A stretch of 32,000 nucleotides of DNA from Fastidiosibacter lacustris (GTDB taxonomy: Bacteria > Pseudomonadota > Gammaproteobacteria > Francisellales > Francisellaceae): the NCBI RefSeq assembly GCF_003428155.1, contig NZ_QLIR01000002.1:60001-92000 (forward strand). The letters run 5' to 3'. The position numbers and the translations under genes are program-made. This document shows positions 10,546 to 18,254 of this stretch, in pieces; position 1 is the stretch's first letter; each line of letters starts with the position of its first letter. The notes beneath the pieces were generated by a model. It had not been told where the DNA came from. It saw nothing but the letters and a program-made list of their open reading frames with translations, and did no database searches.

Positions 10546-13500
10546 TGTCTGCCTTTTCAGAATAAATCATATCTGCAATCAAAGAAGTAATTAATGCCAT
10601 TTTTTCTTTTTGTCCTAGCGCTTGCATGCTTAAATCCGTATGAGTACGTAGACTATCTACAACAGCTCTTTCTACTGATTGCGGCAAACTTCCCTCCATT
10701 GCGCGCTGTTTATCGTTAGCATGAATTTGTGCCATGGTTTTTTCATCTTTTTTCACTTTATCTTTAACACTGGTCACAAAATTGATAGCATCTTCATCAC
10801 TAAAGTCCCCCGAAAATAGCTTATTGAATTGATCGATAATTTTGCTCAAAACTTCAGTTTTCTGATCTCGTGCTTTAGCTTGACCTGGGTTAATGGCATC
10901 TATTTTGCTGCCTTTCAAGTCAATGCTTTGGGTTGCCTGTTTAGTTAGCTTGTAGTTAGTAAGTACCACATCGCCAATATCAACCTCAGGTGCTAGTTCA
11001 GTGGTATATAAATTTGGCAACAAGCCACGCGCATAACTTGAGAATTTTTCTAGTTCAATATCATTATAATCATGCACCTGAGACAAGAAGTCGTACATTC
11101 TGATAAAGGTTGATAACGATTTTTTAAACACATCTAAGTAATTTTTGGCTTCTGAGACTTCTTTTAGCTGTGAGTTTGCATTTTTGATAGCAATCTCATC
11201 ATTAGAATCCTTTGCGCGATTAAGCTCAAGTTGTGCGTGCTTGATTGCCTCAATAGTCTGTCTATAACGCCCTTTAAATCTATCTGCTGCGGGCTTAATG
11301 GCAGCACTCATTAGATTTTGAAGGTTCTTGTGCTGATAAAATACTGCCGAATAAGCATTTATTTCAAGTGTGGTAAATATACCATATTCATCAAGCTTTT
11401 CATAAAGCTCATACACTAAATTTTCATCAGTTACATCGGTGATTTCAGCCGCCTTATAGTATGGCTCAAACGCTTCTTTTATATCTTGAGCTTTATTGAC
11501 AAAATCTAAGATAAAAACATGATCTTTGCCGGTATAGGTGCGATTTAAGCGTGATAATGTCTGTACAGCATCAACACCACTTAATTTCTTATCAACATAC
11601 ATAGCGCAAAGCTTTGGTTGGTCAAAGCCTGTTTGAAATTTATTAGCAACAAGCATGACTTGGTAATCATCCGTATCAAAGGCATCACGCATATCACGCC
11701 CCTTTAATGTAGGATTCATATTGAGCTCAGTATATTCCTTTTCATCCCCTTGATAATCATCATTAACTTTACCAGAGAAAGCAACCATTGCTGCAACGTT
11801 ATCAAAAAGTGGATTACCTTTATTTTTTTCTAAAAAGCGATCAAACTCAATTTTATATCTTACCGCGGCCTTGCGTGAGGAGGTAACCACCATTGCCTTG
11901 GCTTGGTAGTTTAATAATGATTTAATTGAAGTGGCAAAGTGGTGAAGAATAATGTCAATCTTCTGTGCAATCGCATAAGGATGTAAAGTGGTATAGCGCT
12001 TAAGTTTGATTTTTGCCTGCTTGGTTTCTACTTCACGCTCGCCATCTTTTGAGATAATCTTTAACGCGGTTTCATAGGTTGTATAATCTTTCAAAACATC
12101 GAGAATAAATCCTTCTTCAATGGCTTGTTGCATCGTGTATACATGAAATGGCAATGGCGGATTGTCCTTGCTTGTGGGGTTATTTGGGTTTGCAGGTCGT
12201 CCAAACAGCTCCATCGTTTTGTGTTTTGGTGTAGCAGTGAATGCAAAAAAACTGATATTGGTTAGTTTGCCTTTACTCTCAAGAGTTGCATTTAATACAT
12301 CCTCAGCACTCATCTCATCATCAAGCATTTCAGCATTTAATACTTCCTTCATTTTTTGCGCTGTTTTGCCTGATTGAGATGAATGCGCTTCATCGGCAAT
12401 AATGGCAAAGTTTTTGTCCTTTAATGTGGTTGTTTTTTGTATCTCTTCCAACACAAAAGGGAAGGTTTGAATCGTCACAGGAATGATGGCAGCACCATCT
12501 TTTAAGGCGACAGCAAGCTGATTAGATTTGCTTTGAAAGTCCGAGTTTCTCTCAATAGGTACCACTAAGCCGTCAACTTGCTCAAATTGTTTGATCGTTT
12601 GTTGTAGCTGACTGTCCAAAACCGTGCGATCGGTAATTACAATTACGGTATCAAAGTAACGCCTGCCTTCATTACTATGCAATGATGATAATTGATGCGC
12701 AAGCCATGCAATAGAGTTAGACTTGCCACTGCCAGCACTATGCTGGATTAAATATTTCTGACCAACCTTTTCAACATGCACGACCTCTAGTAATTTCCTA
12801 ACCACATCAAGCTGATGATAACGCGGGAAAATTAACGCTTCTTTTTTCTTGATAACGCCTTCAGCCGTTGTTTTTTCTTCAACTTGAAGGTGCATGAATT
12901 TAGCTAAAATATTGAGCAAACTCTCTTTGCTTAAAACTTCCTGCCATAAATATTCAGTTGCAAAGCCCTCTGGTTTATGCGGATTGCCTTTACCGCCATT
13001 ATGACCTTTGTTGAAAGGCAAGAAAAAGGTATTTTTGCCTTCAAGCTTAGTCGTCATATACACTTCATCGGTACTCACTGCAAAATGCACCAACGCACCA
13101 CGCTTGAAAGTAAGCAATGGCTCATCTTTACGTGTCGGCTTATCTTTTGGTAAACGATCTGATTTATATTGCTCAATGGCATCTTCAACCGTTTGCGTAA
13201 AGTCGGTTTTTAACTCGATGGTCGCAACAGGGATACCATTGACAAATAACACCAAATCAATGCTATTTTTATTATTTTCAGAATAAAATACTTGCCTGAC
13301 TACGCGACAAATATTGGCATGATAATTACGTTCCAAAGTCTCATTATGTAACTGCGGTTTAAATTGGCATAGTTTTAATCTTGCTGGATGTGCTTTTATT
13401 TCATGTCGCAAATAATGCAAAGCACCTTTATCATGAATTTTTTTAGCAACAAGTTTGGTAATTTCATCATCTGCTTTATCTTTAAAGCGTAGTTGATATT

Positions 13501-13672
13501 TCTCATAGGCTTCAGATTGTGTCATTTTAATATAATCGAGTAAATCCTCTGTGTATAACGCCAAAGATTTATCATAACGACTTGAAACACCTTCAACCCA
13601 GCCGCATTCGGGTATGCACATATCTAAAACAACTTGCTGTTCCATTTTTTTCTCGTGATGTTTTGTACTCAT
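10523..13672 (-). CDS. hsdR: Type I restriction enzyme R subunit HsdR
   Basis: PD-(D/E)XK region IDLVLFVNGIPVATIELKTDF, Walker A HSAGSGKSNSIAWLAHQL, DEAH motif IIADEAHSSQSGKT, FFAFTATPKHKT, TGFDQPKLCAMYVDKKLSGVDAVQTLSRLNR. Confidence 0.95.
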   Translation of the reverse strand: MSTKHHEKKMEQQVVLDMCIPECGWVEGVSSRYDKSLALYTEDLLDYIKMTQSEAYEKYQLRFKDKADDEITKLVAKKIHDKGALHYLRHEIKAHPARLKLCQFKPQLHNETLERNYHANICRVVRQVFYSENNKNSIDLVLFVNGIPVATIELKTDFTQTVEDAIEQYKSDRLPKDKPTRKDEPLLTFKRGALVHFAVSTDEVYMTTKLEGKNTFFLPFNKGHNGGKGNPHKPEGFATEYLWQEVLSKESLLNILAKFMHLQVEEKTTAEGVIKKKEALIFPRYHQLDVVRKLLEVVHVEKVGQKYLIQHSAGSGKSNSIAWLAHQLSSLHSNEGRRYFDTVIVITDRTVLDSQLQQTIKQFEQVDGLVVPIERNSDFQSKSNQLAVALKDGAAIIPVTIQTFPFVLEEIQKTTTLKDKNFAIIADEAHSSQSGKTAQKMKEVLNAEMLDDEMSAEDVLNATLESKGKLTNISFFAFTATPKHKTMELFGRPANPNNPTSKDNPPLPFHVYTMQQAIEEGFILDVLKDYTTYETALKIISKDGEREVETKQAKIKLKRYTTLHPYAIAQKIDIILHHFATSIKSLLNYQAKAMVVTSSRKAAVRYKIEFDRFLEKNKGNPLFDNVAAMVAFSGKVNDDYQGDEKEYTELNMNPTLKGRDMRDAFDTDDYQVMLVANKFQTGFDQPKLCAMYVDKKLSGVDAVQTLSRLNRTYTGKDHVFILDFVNKAQDIKEAFEPYYKAAEITDVTDENLVYELYEKLDEYGIFTTLEINAYSAVFYQHKNLQNLMSAAIKPAADRFKGRYRQTIEAIKHAQLELNRAKDSNDEIAIKNANSQLKEVSEAKNYLDVFKKSLSTFIRMYDFLSQVHDYNDIELEKFSSYARGLLPNLYTTELAPEVDIGDVVLTNYKLTKQATQSIDLKGSKIDAINPGQAKARDQKTEVLSKIIDQFNKLFSGDFSDEDAINFVTSVKDKVKKDEKTMAQIHANDKQRAMEGSLPQSVERAVVDSLRTHTDLSMQALGQKEKMALITSLIADMIYSEKADSGQLTTK

Positions 13673-14130
13673 TTCTTGCCTCTTCCCTTTGGTAATTGAT
13701 CAATGACCTTATCAAAATCACTTAACCGCTGATCGTTATGCTTTATCTCATTGGCATGAAATGTATCATAAGCTTGCTCTGCTAATTGATTAGTTGCCCA
13801 TTGGCGGAATCTTGTTGCAACATGAGATCTAACCCGATATCCCACTGAGATGATCATATCCAAATTATAATAATCAACAGCCCTATTTACTTGTCTCTCA
13901 CCCTCAAATTGAACTGTTCGGAAATTCCGAACAGTTGAAATTTGTTCAAGCTCATCTTCTTCATAGATATGTTTAATGTGTTCACTAATAGTTGATTTTG
14001 CAACTTGAAATAACTCAGCCATGCTTTTTTGAGTAAGCCAAACGGTCTCATCTTGCAAGCGCACTTCTATTTTGGTTTTACCTGATTCAGTCTGATAGAT
14101 AATAAATTGAGATTGATTTTCAATCGACAT
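13669..14130 (-). CDS. Short RhuM-family protein (ORF track start 14139; ATG at 14130 more likely)
   Basis: MSIENQSQFIIYQTESGKTKIEVRLQDETVWLTQKSMAELFQVAKSTISEHIKHIYEEDEL...YYNLDMIISVGYRVRSHVATRFRQWA. ATGA overlaps with both hsdS and hsdR. Confidence 0.8.
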   Translation of the reverse strand: MSIENQSQFIIYQTESGKTKIEVRLQDETVWLTQKSMAELFQVAKSTISEHIKHIYEEDELEQISTVRNFRTVQFEGERQVNRAVDYYNLDMIISVGYRVRSHVATRFRQWATNQLAEQAYDTFHANEIKHNDQRLSDFDKVIDQLPKGRGKK

Positions 14131-15386
14131 CAAATGCACTCCCTTACGTCAACTTTGCCTGTGACCACAGCGGTGATTAAGGCAGTACGTTTTTCTTTTA
14201 GTAGCTCAATTGCCTGTTCAGCTTTGGTAATGGTTTGGTCTATTTTAGCGGTTTGTTGGTCTAGATAATTGGCTATGGCGGTTTGTTCTTGAAGTGAAGG
14301 TAAACCTATAGTTATGTTATTTAAATCCTCCTGCGTCATACTAGGAAGGGCAGTACTGGTAGAATAGAAATCAAAATTTATTACCGTAGATCTATAGAAG
14401 ATAAATTTAGGGTTACGGTTTGCTTCGATAATTGAATAAAACATTGTATCTACTGTCCAGAACTTACCATTAATTAATAAAGGTTTATCAATTGTACCTT
14501 TTCTTCCAAATAAAATAGAAACTCCTTCATACAGATAATTAGATGCTCTTGCAAATTCACCTCCTGAACCCATTACAGGGTATCCTCCTGTATCTGTTTG
14601 TATGTTTTTATAGTCTTGACCATTTTTTATCTTTAAAGAATATTTCATTTTTTGAACAACCCAATGCTCAGGCACCTCCCCCAACCACTCAACCCCACTA
14701 TTTTTCATTTTAACCGTTGGATCTAAGCCTTTGGTCACACAATGGGTAATTAAAGCTGTGCGTTTTTCTTTGGAAAGTGCAATTAGCTTTTGATAGTGCT
14801 CAATAAGCTTATCTATTTTTGTGGTTTGTTGGTCTAGGTAGTTGGCGATGGTGGTTTGTTCTTGGCGTGGTGGCAATAATCCAAAAAGGTAGCACAGCCT
14901 TTCAGCTTTAATCCCAAGGGCAGTTGACCCAGATGCATACAAATATAGGCTAACTTGAAATGAATATGACATTATGAAATATTTAAGAAAATAGTTACAA
15001 AGTTGATTTGAACGCCCTCTGAACTTAATAATTCGTTGCGCTAATGCAATTTCTTCATTGTCAATATTTGCAACTTCACCCAATGGTGCTTCTGTAGTAA
15101 AAACCACATCACTAATCTGAGGAAGACCTCTAGACATAACCTCTGAATAATCGTTAGCAGTAATATATTCTTGTGAAAGTGTATAATCAATTTTACCTTT
15201 TTTAATATTCCTTGCTGTAACTAGGAAAATTCCTTCAGTATGCTTTTCAGGGGTCTTACCTCTATAATCAACTATTGATTCCATCATTTTCTTGAATCCA
15301 ATAACCACCCAACCCTCAGGCACTTCCCCCAACCACTCAACACCACTCTCTTTATATTTTGGATAAGGCTTCAGTTTACCACTCAC
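14130..15386 (-). CDS. hsdS: Type I restriction enzyme specificity subunit HsdS
   Basis: Two target-recognition domains, each introduced by SGVEWLGEVPE[GH]WVV and followed by LPxxQEQTxIANYLDQQTxKID coiled-coil spacers. GTG start. Confidence 0.93.
   Translation of the reverse strand: MSGKLKPYPKYKESGVEWLGEVPEGWVVIGFKKMMESIVDYRGKTPEKHTEGIFLVTARNIKKGKIDYTLSQEYITANDYSEVMSRGLPQISDVVFTTEAPLGEVANIDNEEIALAQRIIKFRGRSNQLCNYFLKYFIMSYSFQVSLYLYASGSTALGIKAERLCYLFGLLPPRQEQTTIANYLDQQTTKIDKLIEHYQKLIALSKEKRTALITHCVTKGLDPTVKMKNSGVEWLGEVPEHWVVQKMKYSLKIKNGQDYKNIQTDTGGYPVMGSGGEFARASNYLYEGVSILFGRKGTIDKPLLINGKFWTVDTMFYSIIEANRNPKFIFYRSTVINFDFYSTSTALPSMTQEDLNNITIGLPSLQEQTAIANYLDQQTAKIDQTITKAEQAIELLKEKRTALITAVVTGKVDVRECI
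14249..14291. repeat. hsdS spacer-encoding direct repeat, copy 1
   Basis: 43 bp, 38/43 identical to 14822-14864. Confidence 0.7.
14822..14864. repeat. hsdS spacer-encoding direct repeat, copy 2
   Basis: 43 bp, 38/43 identical to 14249-14291. Confidence 0.7.
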
Positions 15387-15991
15387 TGCTTGTCTCCTTG
15401 CGGAAAGGGAATCACATTATCAATACCAGCGACATTTTCGCCCTCATTAATGCAATCGCCATCAAGATACGACTGCCAAAGCGCAATTGGTTTAGTGTAC
15501 TCTTTTTTAGTATGTGGGTTGGTGATTAAGGCACTTTGCCAGTAATCCATTGTTTTATTACAAACTATTTGACTCACTTCACCATGGCGGAAACATTCAA
15601 ACTCTAGGATTTGTTTAAATTGATTGAGATGTGTCGTCACACTGCGATTATCCGTTTTACAAAAATCAAGCTGCTTTAACTGTGGCTCAAAATAATCACG
15701 AATCTGGCAACCGTAGTCTTCAAACCTTGGAATTTCAAGCTCATTAATCGCCCATTCGATCATTGCTGGCAGCGAATCAAAGAGATATTTTGCACCACCT
15801 ATTTCAAACAATGGGATAGCTAATGTGACTCGCGTGTTAACGTGCATAAACACGGCAACATCTTTGCGTTGGATTTTTAACAAATCAACTGCCCAATCAT
15901 CATAAAAAGGTAAAGACTGCTCTTTTGATTGTGGCAAGTCCATTATTTTAAGCCTGCTTGCCATTTTAGCCGTTAATCTAAATTGGGCCAT
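15383..15991 (-). CDS. Uncharacterised protein embedded in the hsd operon; weak resemblance to DUF6933-type proteins
   Basis: 202-aa ORF with upstream aaggga RBS; its TGA overlaps the hsdS GTG (GTGA). N-terminal FRLTAKMASRLK...FYDDWAVDLLKIQRKDVAVFMHVNTRVTLAIPL recalls the DUF6933 pattern (from memory only). Confidence 0.65.
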   Translation of the reverse strand: MAQFRLTAKMASRLKIMDLPQSKEQSLPFYDDWAVDLLKIQRKDVAVFMHVNTRVTLAIPLFEIGGAKYLFDSLPAMIEWAINELEIPRFEDYGCQIRDYFEPQLKQLDFCKTDNRSVTTHLNQFKQILEFECFRHGEVSQIVCNKTMDYWQSALITNPHTKKEYTKPIALWQSYLDGDCINEGENVAGIDNVIPFPQGDKQ

Positions 15992-16014
15992 TTATGTTTC
16001 CCTTAAAACGCAAA

Positions 16015-16052
16015 AGCCGCTAAAGTGTGCGTGAATCAGAGGCATAGCGGCT
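16015..16052 (-). terminator. Intra-operon hairpin / possible attenuator between hsdM and the downstream hsd genes
   Basis: Perfect 8-bp stem agccgcta (16015-16022) / tagcggct (16045-16052), 22-nt loop. On the minus strand it is followed by tttgcgtttt. Confidence 0.4.
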
Positions 16053-16098
16053 ATGTTGCCCCTAAGTATATTCGCAAGGATCCGAAAATGCAAGCACC

Positions 16099-18060
16099 TC
16101 ATGAATGCACCTCGCCCAAAAGCGCTAATATCTCTTTGGTAACTGCATCTAATTCTGCGTCAATTTCTGCTAACGCGCGTGGTGGTTTATACTCGTAAAA
16201 GTAACGATTAAATGGGATCTCATAACCAACAATACCAATGTTACCATCCTTCTCATCGCGTTTACTCTCATCAATCCAGGAATCTGCTACATGCGGTTTG
16301 ACTTCCTTTTCAAAGTAATCATAGATATCCTGTTGTAATGGGATATTTTCATAATCTCTTAAGTCAGTATTTGGCTCGGGGTTGCCTTTGCTATCAACAC
16401 AGATTTCAGCATTATCATTGGTTTGAGAGAAATGTTTTTGCAGTAATTTAAATTGTGCTGCGGTCAGCTTGACATTTAGGTCTTTTATAAATTGATCTCG
16501 CGATAAGTACTCTTCTTTTTTGCAACTTGTTAAGGCATTCAATATTTCCTGTTGTTGTTCATCTTTAAGCTTCAAAAACGCGTTATCCTCTTTAAGCGCA
16601 TTGATGTTGTTCTCGTCTTTTGGGTAAAAGGCAAGCTTTAATGGTCGCTCAATGGTTACCCGTCTAAAACCAAACTCAGTATAATCAAATAACTTACTTG
16701 TCTTAGTTTGTTCAAAGTTGCCATACGCTTGAACAATGTCAGCAATAACATCTTCATCTAAGTATTTACGTTTAGATCCCAATGACTTGCGCATGGGGCT
16801 ACCTTTATCTGCAGCATTAATTAGTTGCACTTTACCTTTGCGCTCAGGTGATTTTTTATTGCTTAACATCCAGATATAAGTAGAGATACCCGTATTAAAA
16901 AACATATCCGTAGGTAAAGCAATGATGGCTTCCAACAAGTCATTTTCAAGCACATAACGCCTGATTTCAGACTCCCCTGAACCAGCGCCACCTGTAAATA
17001 AGGGTGAGCCATTAAGAATAATCCCAATGCGACTGCCACCTTCTTGTGAAGGACGCATTTTTGAAATAAGGTGCATTAAGAACAATAACGAACCGTCACT
17101 CACTCGTGGTAATCCAGCGCCAAAACGCCCGTTATAGCCTTGGATCTTATGTTCATCTTTTACTGCCTTTTCAACCTTTTTCCATTCCACACCAAATGGT
17201 GGATTAGATAGCATATAATCAAATTTTTTAGACGTAAGTTGATCGTCACTTAAGGTGTTGCCAAATTTAATATTGTCCGCATCTTCGCCTTTGATTAAAA
17301 TATCTGCCTTACAAATGGCAAAGGACTCAGGATTCAACTCCTGTCCATAAGTTTTTAAATGGGCATTGGGATTAAGCTCCGCAATATATTCACTGGCTGA
17401 TGTTAGAAAACCGCCTGTGCCAACTGTAGGATCATAGATTGAGCGTACCACGCCTTGATCAGTTAACATCGCATTATCTGCACTGAAAATTAATGAAGTA
17501 GCTAAACGTACAATGTCTCGTGGTGTAAAATGCTCCCCTGCGGTCTCGTTAGACTCCTCGGCAAACTTGCGAATCAACTCCTCAAATAAGTTACCCATTT
17601 CATAATTTGAAACCGCTTCAGGACTTAAATCGCAATCTTCTTTTGTAAAACGCTCGATGATCTTATACAGCAAGTTTGCTTCATCTAGGTAATGTATTTG
17701 ATCTATAAACTTAAATCGATTAAAAATATCTTTGATATTGTCACTAAACGAATCAAGGTAGGTAATAAGGTTTGCTCTTAAGTTATCAGAGTCAGCCTTT
17801 AATTTAGCTAATGTATATTCCGATGTGTTATAAAACGTGTTTTGCGACTTAGCAGTTAAAATGGCATTTAGCGGAATGCCTAAATCTTTGCGTTTGTTGT
17901 ATTCATCGACAACATCTTGCCTTGTCGGCGCAAGAACTGCCTCAACACGCGCTAAAACCGTAAAGGGCAAAATCACCTTACCAAAATCAGAGCGTTTATA
18001 ATCACCGCGCAATAAATCTGCAATTGACCATATCAATGAGGATAAGTTTTTTGTGTTCAT
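16099..18060 (-). CDS. hsdM: Type I restriction-modification N6-adenine methyltransferase subunit HsdM
   Basis: SAM motif YDPTVGTGGFLTSASEYI, catalytic MLSNPPFGVEWKK, GEHFTPRDIVRLAT, SNEYKxx-type N-terminal domain SSLIWSIADLLRGDYKRSDFGKVILPFTVLARVE. Confidence 0.95.
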   Translation of the reverse strand: MNTKNLSSLIWSIADLLRGDYKRSDFGKVILPFTVLARVEAVLAPTRQDVVDEYNKRKDLGIPLNAILTAKSQNTFYNTSEYTLAKLKADSDNLRANLITYLDSFSDNIKDIFNRFKFIDQIHYLDEANLLYKIIERFTKEDCDLSPEAVSNYEMGNLFEELIRKFAEESNETAGEHFTPRDIVRLATSLIFSADNAMLTDQGVVRSIYDPTVGTGGFLTSASEYIAELNPNAHLKTYGQELNPESFAICKADILIKGEDADNIKFGNTLSDDQLTSKKFDYMLSNPPFGVEWKKVEKAVKDEHKIQGYNGRFGAGLPRVSDGSLLFLMHLISKMRPSQEGGSRIGIILNGSPLFTGGAGSGESEIRRYVLENDLLEAIIALPTDMFFNTGISTYIWMLSNKKSPERKGKVQLINAADKGSPMRKSLGSKRKYLDEDVIADIVQAYGNFEQTKTSKLFDYTEFGFRRVTIERPLKLAFYPKDENNINALKEDNAFLKLKDEQQQEILNALTSCKKEEYLSRDQFIKDLNVKLTAAQFKLLQKHFSQTNDNAEICVDSKGNPEPNTDLRDYENIPLQQDIYDYFEKEVKPHVADSWIDESKRDEKDGNIGIVGYEIPFNRYFYEYKPPRALAEIDAELDAVTKEILALLGEVHS

Positions 18061-18127
18061 TTTGTATTATCTAAAATCTTGAATAATCGTGAATCTAGCA
18101 GTAAAGGATGTCAAAATCAATGGCATC

Positions 18128-18145
18128 ATCAACCATAAAAGCCGA
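18128..18145 (-). repeat. Right subterminal motif, possible second transposase-binding site
   Basis: Minus strand TCGGCTTTTATGGTTGAT, compare the outer core TCGGCTTACATAGTTGAT at 18171-18188 (15/18). Confidence 0.5.
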
Positions 18146-18168
18146 TATTTAAAATAATATTCAAAAAT

Positions 18169-18194
18169 AAATCAACTATGTAAGCCGAATAGCC
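18169..18194 (-). repeat. Right terminal inverted repeat of the RM transposon
   Basis: Plus strand AAATCAACTATGTAAGCCGAATAGCC; reverse complement matches 9224-9249 at 24/26. Confidence 0.85.
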
Positions 18195-18254
18195 TTAATT
18201 AGGTTTCATTGACTGTTTATTGTTAATCATTATTTGATGATGGGAGGAAGTAGG

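Larger units (their letters stand above)
9224..18194. mobile_element. Putative ISL3-family-type transposon carrying a type I restriction-modification operon as cargo (8971 bp)
   Basis: Near-identical 26-bp inverted repeats at both outer edges (24/26), repeated subterminal motifs at both ends, and a DDE transposase ORF next to the left end. No matching inverted repeat seen between the transposase and hsdR. No clear target-site duplication. Confidence 0.75.

Noticed and set aside
12162-13286. Plus-strand ORFs within hsdR
   Set aside because: Antisense to conserved HsdR motifs, with no independent coding evidence.
9216-18202. 8-bp target-site duplication flanking the element
   Set aside because: Flanks GGAAAATT and TTAATTAG do not match; the shared AATT is expected in AT-rich DNA.
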